Shown piece by piece: positions 55,395 to 64,000 of a stretch of DNA of 64,000 nucleotides (position 1 is its first letter; each line of letters starts with the position of its first letter). This DNA is from Chloroflexota bacterium (GTDB lineage: Bacteria; Chloroflexota; UBA11872; VXNJ01). The notes under the pieces were generated by a model. It was not told the DNA's origin, ran no database searches, and was given only the letters and a program-made list of their open reading frames with translations. The stretch lies in NCBI GenBank assembly GCA_965261345.1, contig OZ253449.1:32001-96000 (forward strand), written 5' to 3'. The translations under genes were made by a program, and so were the position numbers.

Positions 55395-56119
55395 ATGCAG
55401 ATTGACCAGGGTTTCACGACGCAACAACGAGTTGCGGTAATTTTCGAGACCGAAACAGCCGTAATGCTAATTGAAGAAGGGTTGGTGGCCCTTGACAGAG
55501 AAATCAAGCGCCCACATCGCCTAAATCTCCCGCTGTTGCTACTGGCGCAAGGATTCGAGAGGATATTGAAGCTGGTGACATTAATTGGCCAATTTGAAAC
55601 GGATCACAAACTGTTGACTTCAAGAACGTTGAAGAGCAAATATGGGCATCGATTGAGAAAATTGAGAAAAATGTGATGCTACTCATGCTCGATTCGGGTC
55701 ATGCAGGCCAAAGTACCGCTTTGCGTTGCGACGTCCGGTTCTTGAATGATTCAGAAGACCGCAACTTTCTCTTGAATGTTGTGGAGGCCTTTGCTCTCCG
55801 CGAACGGTATTACGATCTTGAAACTGCCACAGGAAACGAGCCGCAAGCCGAATTGCACGGGCTGGTGAGTCTCATTCAGTCACAATTCACAAAGAAGCGC
55901 CCTGAAATCCTTGAGGCAATTGCGGCGTCAAAATATCCAAGCCTAAGTCAATTCCACTCGGCATTACTCGCAGAACTGACTGAAACGATACAAAGGTTTG
56001 CCCGCGCCCTTTGCCGTACATACACATTTGGACTTCTCGGTGAAATCGGTTTGCGAACCGGCCCGGCGGTCTACAGGTTTCTGTTCCAAAATGATGGCGA
56101 TCTGAAGCGCTTGGCATAG
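55395..56119 (+). pseudogene. Frameshifted paralog of the 44910-45635 HEPN-like protein
   Basis: IFETETAVMLIEEGL shared; split near 55670. Confidence 0.75.
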
Positions 56120-56323
56120 GGCCGGACGGTCGGGCAAAAAATCAATCTTTGTAGTGCACAATTCCGAAAAACGGCTTTGAATCGCGCAGGCTTTGGAGCG
56201 AGCGACGCTGATTTAGCCGATCCAAAATTAAACCGGTGTGGGCGAATCGCAATTTGCCCGCCAACGATGATTGCAATCATCCTGACATCGAAACGCCCCC
56301 GACTTGCCGCCCCTTAGGAACCT

Positions 56324-58777
56324 GTGAACGCACAACCGATTGAATTCCTTGACCTGCTAAATGGCCAGGTTCAATACGTTGTGCCGCGATGGCAACGGCG
56401 ATATTGTTGGGGCCAGTCAGACATTGAGAGATTGATCGATGACCTCTTGGTGATCGCCGACGCGGGACCGAATGCGACACATTACGGCGGTACCCTTCTC
56501 ACTTTCCCTGAACCCGGCGCCGCCGGAGTGGTCAAGGTCTTTCGAGTCGTGGACGGACAACAACGATTGACAACTGTGAGTATTTTGCTGGGTTGCATTG
56601 CCGAAAAACTTGGACCTAGTGGCAAATGCGGTGATTGGACCGCTGAAGAGATTCGTCAAGGTCGCCTGACCAATCCTCGAAAGCCCCTGGGCAATGCTCG
56701 TAAGTTGAGGCTCCAGGAAGGCGATGAAGAGGAGTACCGACTTGGACTTGAGGGTAATCCAACAGGGAGCGGAGCGGTTGCGCAAGCCTGGAAATCGTTG
56801 CGCAGATTGGTGGCACGAAATGATGTCGCGCAGTTGCTTGAGGGGCTGCGACGATTCCGCGTCGTCAGCATCGGTCTCACCGATGGTGAAGACCCGCAGC
56901 AAATCTTTGAGAGTTTGAACGCAACCGGTAAGCCATTAACTGAGAGCGAAAAGATTAAGAACTGGCTCTTGATGGGGTTGGCAGACGAAGACCAACTTGA
57001 TCTATATCAAAACCACTGGATGAGCATCGAGCGAAGTTTGGGTGTGGAGCACTCTACAGAGCCCATCGATTTATTTTTCCGAGACCTCCTGCGGTGGAAA
57101 ACCGGAGAAGTTCAGGGCATCAATCGCGTCTACGAGACGCTGCGCCGATGGGCAGTGAAGCACCAATATTCGGAAGATCGGTCAGCTTTGTGCCGAGAGT
57201 TTGAGCGCATCGCGGGCCTCTACGGAAACATCACCGGGACTGCAGGACCACATCGCAATAGAGCGGTTGAGCGCGAATTGATCCACCTGCGTGCGTTGGG
57301 AATTGACACTCACCGTCCCTTGACGTTGCGGTTATTGAACGATGAGGTCGATTCCAATTCGGTCAATGTGTCGACTCAAGATGTCGCTGAGGTCCTTGCA
57401 AGTATCGGGACATGGACTACTCGATTGTGGCTGGCGGATCGACAAGTTTCCGGTATGAATCGGGCGGTCGCGGAACTATCTGGCAGATCTGGACCACACG
57501 GCGACGAAGGTTGGTCGCAATATTGGATTGGGCAGATTAGCCGACTTCGGAATACGCGCGTCGGCGTGCCGTCTGATGAATTGGTGCAGGAGGGAATACG
57601 GCACCGCAAGGCATATGGTGGCAGCGCGACTCGATCTGCATTCGCCGTCCTCTGCGCATTGATGGAGGCCGAGCATCGGGAGGAATCGCCCGCTCGGGAT
57701 CATTTGACGATCGAACATGTAATGCCGCGTACGTTGACCGCTGATTGGAAGCGGGAATTAGGCGCAAATGCCGAGGATTTCCATGGCAAAAACCGGGATA
57801 CGCTCGCGAATTTGACGCTCAGCGGGGATCTGACGAATTCGGCAATGGGCGCAAGCACCTTTTGGAGCAAGCGCGAGATTTATGCGCGGAGCCCAATTGG
57901 ACTCACTCGGCGTTTAACAAAAGAACCTGGCTGGGGCGAAGGCGCCATAGGGCGTCGAGCCGCGGCAATTGCGGAATTGGCGTTGAATCGTTGGCCATGG
58001 AAGGACGGGCAGGCTTCATTGCCAATAAACGAACCAGCGAATCTGAGGTGGAAGATTGGGGCCGGGCCGTGGCGCAATGAGTCCCACGCGAGCCAGATGG
58101 TGTTGAATATCGTCGGCGCGCTGCTAGATTTGGATCCTACGAATGCCGAACGGTTAAGCGGAGACGCGATCATTCCGAACATTCACCGTGCCGATAGATT
58201 TCCACCTGGGACTCAGGTGGGGTCGCTCGTAATGCGTTCCATCCCTGGACATGAACACTACGTTATGTATCCATACGCACAGGATTACCCCTCGAGCGCG
58301 GAACGGTGTCGGCGATTCGGTGAGCGGTGCCAGGCAGCCGTCGCAATTCAATTTACGGAGAAGTCGCATGGCGAGCGGTTTTGGGAGTTTCTACGCGATC
58401 GCGCCGGCGGCCTCCCTGGGCAAAAAGATTCGTGGAGGGGAGCAAGCCAAGGAACGGCCCCCATCAATTCCGATGGCGACTATGTAGGCGTATATGTTGG
58501 GAATCAGGAGTTAATTTGGTTATACATTCGCTCCAGCGGAAAGCCGTCACCAGAGTCAGCTTCGTTGAGGATGCGTTCGTTTTCTTGGAAGATTCTTGAG
58601 CAAATGGGTGATCAAATCAGCAGCTTAGACGTCGACGGTGAAAGCACGCAAGGAAGGTCAGTTTCTATTCAAAGGACTTGGGATCGAGATGACCACGCCG
58701 AATGGCCTGATGCGGCTGATTGGATCATGGATCAATTCCAGAGACTGAAGTCAATTGGAAGCGAAAGGCTTCAATAG
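56324..58777 (+). CDS. GmrSD-like protein (DUF262 + DUF1524/HNH) with C-terminal extension
   Basis: VPRWQRRY.W, VVDGQQRLTT, IFESLNATG, TIEHVMP, NLTL. Confidence 0.88.
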   Translation: MNAQPIEFLDLLNGQVQYVVPRWQRRYCWGQSDIERLIDDLLVIADAGPNATHYGGTLLTFPEPGAAGVVKVFRVVDGQQRLTTVSILLGCIAEKLGPSGKCGDWTAEEIRQGRLTNPRKPLGNARKLRLQEGDEEEYRLGLEGNPTGSGAVAQAWKSLRRLVARNDVAQLLEGLRRFRVVSIGLTDGEDPQQIFESLNATGKPLTESEKIKNWLLMGLADEDQLDLYQNHWMSIERSLGVEHSTEPIDLFFRDLLRWKTGEVQGINRVYETLRRWAVKHQYSEDRSALCREFERIAGLYGNITGTAGPHRNRAVERELIHLRALGIDTHRPLTLRLLNDEVDSNSVNVSTQDVAEVLASIGTWTTRLWLADRQVSGMNRAVAELSGRSGPHGDEGWSQYWIGQISRLRNTRVGVPSDELVQEGIRHRKAYGGSATRSAFAVLCALMEAEHREESPARDHLTIEHVMPRTLTADWKRELGANAEDFHGKNRDTLANLTLSGDLTNSAMGASTFWSKREIYARSPIGLTRRLTKEPGWGEGAIGRRAAAIAELALNRWPWKDGQASLPINEPANLRWKIGAGPWRNESHASQMVLNIVGALLDLDPTNAERLSGDAIIPNIHRADRFPPGTQVGSLVMRSIPGHEHYVMYPYAQDYPSSAERCRRFGERCQAAVAIQFTEKSHGERFWEFLRDRAGGLPGQKDSWRGASQGTAPINSDGDYVGVYVGNQELIWLYIRSSGKPSPESASLRMRSFSWKILEQMGDQISSLDVDGESTQGRSVSIQRTWDRDDHAEWPDAADWIMDQFQRLKSIGSERLQ

Positions 58778-58863
58778 AAGAGTTGTTGGAATCCTCGACA
58801 TATTGATACAGCACTGCGATTAAACCCCCGCTGAATAATCCAAAGGCGGCTTAGTGCGGCCGG

Positions 58864-58891
58864 TATTGCCATAATCGCCATTATGTTGAGT
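58864..58891 (+). other. dif-like site (closest to canonical)
   Basis: TATTGCCATAA-TCGCCA-TTATGTTGAGT versus E. coli dif GGTGCGCATAA-TGTATA-TTATGTTAAAT. Confidence 0.72.
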
Positions 58892-58937
58892 GCGCGACAA
58901 GTCCGAGCCAAATTCGGTGAAGCACCCCATCGTACTA

Positions 58938-59222
58938 CAATGTACTACCATGAAGCACAATTATGAAGTCGGCATACGAGCCCTGAAGCAAAATGCTTCC
59001 GCGGTCGTTGCAAAGGCGGCCGCCGGTGAGGTCATCACGATAACCAGCCGTGGAAAGCCGGTGGCGAGATTGACTCCGATTCCAGATTCGCGCCTGCGGG
59101 AATTGAGTGACGCGGGGCTGGTGGTGCCGGCCTCGAGGGATACAACCGATATTCCCGACCCGATTGTGGGTCCGAGCATGTCGGCATTGGTCGCCGAACT
59201 CAGAGACGAAGAGCGCTACTAA
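58938..59222 (+). CDS. Phd/YefM antitoxin
   Basis: VGIRALKQNAS.VV..GE.ITIT.RGKPVARL.P. Confidence 0.9.
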   Translation, partial: QCTTMKHNYEVGIRALKQNASAVVAKAAAGEVITITSRGKPVARLTPIPDSRLRELSDAGLVVPASRDTTDIPDPIVGPSMSALVAELRDEERY

Positions 59223-59223
59223 G

Positions 59224-59634
59224 TTGGCGTACTATCTCGACACCTCGGCTGTAGCGAAGTGGGTGTCGGCGGAAACAGAATCAACTGCCCTCAATGCTTG
59301 GAGGGATCGGCGGTCAGGTGCACTGGTTACCAGCTACCTTTGCCGTACGGAATTGCTGCGCGCCGCCCGCCGATTGACTCCACGCCACGTTCAGGTCGCC
59401 GACCAAGTGTTGTCCTCGATCCATTTACTCAAAATCGGGACTGGTGCATTCGAATTGGCTGCTCGCGTCGGTCCGACTCAATTGCGAAGTTTGGACGCTC
59501 TCCACCTTGCTGCTGCGATGGAACTCGGATCCGACCTGCAGGGAATAGTTACTTACGACAAGCGTCTGGCCGCGGGGGCCATTCTAAATGCCGTACCGGT
59601 GATATCGCCGGGCGCAGATCTTTCAGAAACATAG
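59224..59634 (+). CDS. vapC: VapC PIN toxin
   Basis: YYLDTSA..LRSLDALHLA..TYDKRL. Confidence 0.9.
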   Translation: MAYYLDTSAVAKWVSAETESTALNAWRDRRSGALVTSYLCRTELLRAARRLTPRHVQVADQVLSSIHLLKIGTGAFELAARVGPTQLRSLDALHLAAAMELGSDLQGIVTYDKRLAAGAILNAVPVISPGADLSET

Positions 59635-59804
59635 CTCATCCGCATCCAGCTCACCCGGTGCTACGGGTGTGAAAAGATGAATCTTCAACCCCGGTTTGTC
59701 GCCAAGGATTTGCAATCGGAATTCAGTGCATGATCCAATTCCTGGCAAGGCCAATTTAGATCTCTAAATCAATGAACGGCAGGCCAAATGCTCGACAAAA
59801 GACG

Positions 59805-59832
59805 GTTGGATCTAATGAGTAACATGTCTACC
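59805..59832 (+). other. dif-like site, left boundary of module copy 2
   Basis: GTTGGATCTAA-TGAGTA-ACATGTCTACC. Confidence 0.6.
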
Positions 59833-60133
59833 GGCAGCGATTGAATCCGCGGACGAGGGTGTTTTTCCTGAGGGGATTTGGGTCATTCCTTCTACGACCC
59901 AGTAGCATACCAATGCAGATTAATGCGCCGTTTGGTTAGTTCTCGGGGAAGACTTTTTCAAGGGGGATGACTGCCGCAGAATTGCAGAAACGGCCGTTTG
60001 ACCCGGCGGCGGCGGCCGGTGCAATCAATACCGATGCCACCGCCAACATTCCGCCGGCGACCGCTACTGGAATTGGTGCACCCAATGTTGGACCCAAACT
60101 ATTGCCAAGAATAGATTCGCGAATTCGCGCCTA

Positions 60134-61891
60134 ATGCAAGAGAACTTCGGTGCAATCTCAGCGCGGTCGGTACTCGCCTGGGCTGGTCCATTGAATTACA
60201 GGCTCGGACGGTACATCGCTGCGGCAGGGGAGATATTTGATTGCCGCCGCGACGGCGCATCAATCGTAGCGTTCTGTCAGGAGATTTCGCCGCCGCCTTG
60301 GCGGGTTCAGGCGAAATTACACGGTGGCGACGTAGAAGCAGCCTCGTGCACCTGCGCGGGTGGGGCATCGGGTCGCTGCCCTCACGTTGTGGCAGTTCTG
60401 CTCGCCTTCCAATCGGACCCTGGGCGATTCGAAGCAACAAACACCCGTGATTTCGCCCTTGAGAGCCAAAGCAAATCCGAACTGATCGAAATCATCCATC
60501 GATTGCTCTCGCTACGGCCAAGCCCCCAAGATCGCCTGCAAACGTACCCGGCGTCAGTGGCCCAGGAGAACGGCCCGACCGATCTGCCGACTTTGCGGCG
60601 ATACGCTTCGTACGCATTCATGGTTCGTGATTGCGAATACGAAACTGCAATCAGAGTGGCGGACGATCTTGAAAGATCGCTCAAGACTGGCAACGATTCC
60701 CTCGCGGACGGAGGCTACCAAAAAGCACACATCATTTTTTTGGCCGTGGTGCTTGCGATCCTCGATTATTCGGAGGTGGTTACGGTCCTGGTAAATCAAG
60801 ACGATGGCGAGTTATTGGCAGTCCTGAAGCATGCCATCGCAAGCCTCGCGGACGGATTGATCGGCCATGAAAGCGATGCAGCCACAAGAAAAAAGGCCCT
60901 GGGAACGCTGTTCGATGCACACATGGAGGATCTCAATTACGGCGGCAGTATGTTCAGCGGCAAAGCGGGGGAGATGATTGTTGAACACGCCACCGAAGTC
61001 GAAAGGGCATCGCTAGTCGCCTGGATTCGGGGCGGAATGCCTACGGGCCAAACATGGCCGGATCACGTGCGGCGACAGTTGCGCGGCAGATTCTTGTTGG
61101 AAGTTGGCCAAAGGGACTTGGACGAGGAATCCGCACTCCAAATCTGCCGGGAATGCGGACTTGTGGCCGAACTGACCGATCGCCTGCTGCCGTCGGGAAG
61201 ATTTGAGGACGCCCTTGATGAGATCGGGAGCGTGTGGGAGTCTGATTTGCCGGAAATTGGCGAGGCTTTTCGTCGCCACGGATATGCAGACATCATCCTG
61301 CCCTGGTTGGACGAACGCTTCAAGACGCGCCGGGATCGCAAGCTCGCCGAATGGCTAAAGCGAATGCACCTCGATCGTGCGGAGTATGGGGCGGCATTGC
61401 CGATGGCGGAATTTTTGTTTGAAGGCGATCCTGGAGTCGCAGAATATCTGGAATTTCGCGACCTGGCAGTAAAGGCCGGGAAATGGGACCGGAACCGGCC
61501 GCGGGCGCTGATCAAGTTCATGTCCGCTGCCGATGTAGACCTACTTGCGGACGTTTACTTTGAAGCGGGCGAGTTCGAATCATCGGTCGAGTTAGCCGCA
61601 CACTGGGACGTTGGGGATTGGTACCTGGAACGCCTAAACCAGGTAGTGGAAGAATTCGCCGAATCCAATCCCGGGCAATCGGCAGCGAATTTCCGCCGCT
61701 TGGCCGAGATTTGCATTGAACGCCGTGGTCGCAAGAACTATCAAAAAGCCTGCAAGCTTCTGATAAGAGCGCGAGATCTCATGCTGCGGATGAAACTTGA
61801 TTCCGATTGGCAAGAATTCATCGCTGAGTTGCGGCAGCGCAACGATTTCTTACCGGCGTTGCGGGACGAACTAGCCCGTTTTGGGATATGA
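60134..61891 (+). CDS. SWIM zinc-finger protein, copy 2
   Basis: Two visible aa differences from 19662-21419. Confidence 0.8.
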   Translation: MQENFGAISARSVLAWAGPLNYRLGRYIAAAGEIFDCRRDGASIVAFCQEISPPPWRVQAKLHGGDVEAASCTCAGGASGRCPHVVAVLLAFQSDPGRFEATNTRDFALESQSKSELIEIIHRLLSLRPSPQDRLQTYPASVAQENGPTDLPTLRRYASYAFMVRDCEYETAIRVADDLERSLKTGNDSLADGGYQKAHIIFLAVVLAILDYSEVVTVLVNQDDGELLAVLKHAIASLADGLIGHESDAATRKKALGTLFDAHMEDLNYGGSMFSGKAGEMIVEHATEVERASLVAWIRGGMPTGQTWPDHVRRQLRGRFLLEVGQRDLDEESALQICRECGLVAELTDRLLPSGRFEDALDEIGSVWESDLPEIGEAFRRHGYADIILPWLDERFKTRRDRKLAEWLKRMHLDRAEYGAALPMAEFLFEGDPGVAEYLEFRDLAVKAGKWDRNRPRALIKFMSAADVDLLADVYFEAGEFESSVELAAHWDVGDWYLERLNQVVEEFAESNPGQSAANFRRLAEICIERRGRKNYQKACKLLIRARDLMLRMKLDSDWQEFIAELRQRNDFLPALRDELARFGI

Positions 61892-62081
61892 CGCATTTGT
61901 ACTCGGCCAAGTGTTAGCGAACCTAAGGGCAGCTTGTTTGCGGGAAGGTGCGAATTCGGCTTGCGGTTACGAGAATCTCGAAAACAGAATTAGGGTGGTT
62001 GACGATTTGGGACAATCCTGCGAGTGTCAATCAACAATTCATTCAGTCGGCGGTCCCGGGTCGACATGAAAGCCTGTTGCA

Positions 62082-62366
62082 GTGATTCGCCCGGTCGAAG
62101 CTGAACCTCGGCCCAATTACCGGTTAAGGCTTAGGTACTCGAACGGTGCCGACGGCGAGGTGGATCTTTCGCACTTGGTCGGAATCGGCGCGTTCAAAGC
62201 CTGGAACGACGAATCTCATTTTTTGAAAGTGCGAATTACGTCTTACGGTGCGGTTGCATGGGCCAATGACATCGAGCTTTGTCCAGATGCGTTGTACTCG
62301 CAGCTGCCCGGCCGAACGCTGTCGGAGTTGACGCAAGGGGAGTCTGCGCCAGCACCTAGTGCCTGA
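62082..62366 (+). CDS. DUF2442 protein, copy 2
   Basis: As 21599-21883. Confidence 0.85.
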   Translation: MIRPVEAEPRPNYRLRLRYSNGADGEVDLSHLVGIGAFKAWNDESHFLKVRITSYGAVAWANDIELCPDALYSQLPGRTLSELTQGESAPAPSA

Positions 62367-62676
62367 ACTCTCCAAGTCTTGCGACGATTACAATCCGCCT
62401 CACTTCCATGCCGCGTACGGAGTTTGAGGCCGTATACCAACTCGGCTCATTGTCAATGCCGTGGGGACGCCTTCCGCTTCGGGCCCACAACCTCGTCCTG
62501 GAGTGGGCGGCCGGGAACCAAGCTGCCATTGAATCCGCTTGGCAAAGTGTTCAAGCCAACGAGCCACCCACAACTATTGGATGAACAGAAGTGCAGCAAC
62601 GGATTGGTGGTGCGATTGCCGAAGACCGTGCGTTTCCGTTGTAGTCTTGTACATCCAAGCGACGTACAATTACTTC

Positions 62677-62955
62677 ATGGACACTGAATCTAAAACTGGG
62701 CGTTGGTCGATCCGGGTTTCTCCAAGCGATGACATGATCGTGCGCCGCGTTATCGCTCGCAGCCGGATGTCACTCAACGAATATGTCGTGCGGAACGCCG
62801 TCTCGGCCGCGATTGCCGACCTGTCTGATCGCCGGCTATTTACGCTGTCGGCGGAAGAATGGGAAGAACTGCAAATGATTCTTGATCGACCCACTGTTTC
62901 CAAGCCCAGACTCGCCGAACTACTAGCTCAACCCTCAGTCCTTGAAACGGATTGA
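62677..62955 (+). CDS. DUF1778 antitoxin, copy 2
   Basis: As 22194-22472. Confidence 0.85.
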   Translation: MDTESKTGRWSIRVSPSDDMIVRRVIARSRMSLNEYVVRNAVSAAIADLSDRRLFTLSAEEWEELQMILDRPTVSKPRLAELLAQPSVLETD

Positions 62956-63437
62956 GTTCTTTCCAGGATCCGGAACTACTTACTGCGGACCATGACGCGG
63001 ATCGCTTCGACTGCGGCGACGAATCGCTAAATGAGTGGCTCCGGCTGCGCGCGATGCGCAACCAGGGGGATGGTTCCAGCCGGACTTGGGTAGTCGCTTA
63101 CGGCGGCCGTGTAGTTGCCTACTACGCGTCAAGCACCGCGGTGCTTGCTCGCGAGACAGCCGCTGGCCGAATCAGGCGCAACCAGCCGGAACCATTGCCG
63201 GCGATGTTGTTAGGTCGCCTCGCCGTCGATCGAGATCACCAGGGAAAGGGGTTGGCCGCGGCATTGCTGAAGCACTTTTTGGGCAAAGCCTTGGAAGTGT
63301 CCGAGCTAACCGGTCTCAGATTGGTGTTGGTGCATGCCAAAAGCGCGCAGGCGGCAGACTTCTACAGCCATTTTGGTTTCCAGGCATCCTCGTTTGATGA
63401 CCTCACTTTCATGCTGCTGCTTAGTGACATTCGATAG
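62952..63437 (+). CDS. GNAT toxin, copy 2
   Basis: As 22469-22954. Confidence 0.9.
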   Translation: MSSFQDPELLTADHDADRFDCGDESLNEWLRLRAMRNQGDGSSRTWVVAYGGRVVAYYASSTAVLARETAAGRIRRNQPEPLPAMLLGRLAVDRDHQGKGLAAALLKHFLGKALEVSELTGLRLVLVHAKSAQAADFYSHFGFQASSFDDLTFMLLLSDIR

Positions 63438-63629
63438 TCCCGATTTTGGCAGTCGTAGTCGCACCTAGAAGAGCCCCAAACATTGGAGTCCGAATCAATT
63501 TCGCATTGCCAAGTCGAAATTTACGCCAAACAGATGCAGCGTGTGGCCGGAACATCCGCGTTGTCCCGCACTGCAGATCGCTCCCGACCCTCCCCCACTT
63601 TGCCGAAATTCGATGCGATGAATCTGGTA

Positions 63630-63657
63630 ATTGGAACTAATAAGGGATATGCCTTGT
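63630..63657 (+). other. dif-like site, right boundary of module copy 2
   Basis: ATTGGAACTAA-TAAGGG-ATATGCCTTGT. Confidence 0.5.
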
Positions 63658-64000
63658 GGCTGCAACCTGGCTTGTTGTACGATCACTGGTCCGCAGTACC
63701 TGAGGATTCATCTGCCCGTTAATACCCATTGGCAGCCTACTGCGGGATTAGGTCAACCGCTCACCACCATCCCGATGCGGACGTTGAGGCCGCCCGGACC
63801 CGTTGCAGCACAAATTGGGTACCGGCCACTATCGTGGCCTGCGGCGCGCCGTCGTCACCGAGAACTGCATCCTGGACTGCCGCCAACTGGTTCAGGACTA
63901 CCCTGCGTTCCTCTTCCTCGAGCGCATTCCAGATTCGGTCACTGGACACCCAGACATACGCAACCCCGCCGATAACCGCGAGCGGCACCAGTACCGGTGC

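Larger units (their letters stand above)
59816..63640 (+). repeat. 3.8-kb module copy 2
   Basis: Near-identical to 19344-23147. Confidence 0.95.

Noticed and set aside
32698-58820. Reverse-oriented dif-like half sites (near 32698, 34066, 35265, 58793) and weak forward ones (36929, 42284, 46395)
   Set aside because: Too degenerate to call by eye; a PWM scan is needed.
17000-64000. Classical integron with attC sites
   Set aside because: No IntI and no convincing RYYYAAC...GTTRRRY palindromes seen; the recurrent motif is dif-like.

Overview
This is a GC-rich accessory region with no housekeeping genes, in two parts. (1) 1-17 kb is a pile of nested mobile elements. Two divergent IS1380 transposase genes sit tail-to-tail, and each is split at the same catalytic YCPR|GxxEN codon by an apparently identical 3293-bp element encoding a large serine recombinase (LSR), an HTH protein and a DUF5372-like ORF. 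Next come two IS110s, a 5'-truncated group II intron, an intact third IS1380 and an IS3 fragment. Rebuilding the element's circular junction shows a CG crossover core, restoration of the transposase frame on excision, and a DUF5372-like gene that gains its RBS and ATG only in the circle. The HTH gene ends in a -1 frameshift signal. (2) 17-64 kb is an array of small modules: many type II TA pairs (often with the toxin inactivated), HNH, GmrSD-like, DUF4268, HelD-like helicase, Imm-exonuclease and lipoprotein genes, interrupted by one IS256 and three IS21 elements. About 18 co-oriented 28-bp XerC/XerD dif-like sites (11-6-11, right arm ~TTATGTCTAAT) punctuate the array. A 3.8-kb module occurs twice, with both ends mapping to such sites, which suggests a Xer-driven cassette array. 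All family calls are from motif recognition by eye, without database searches.
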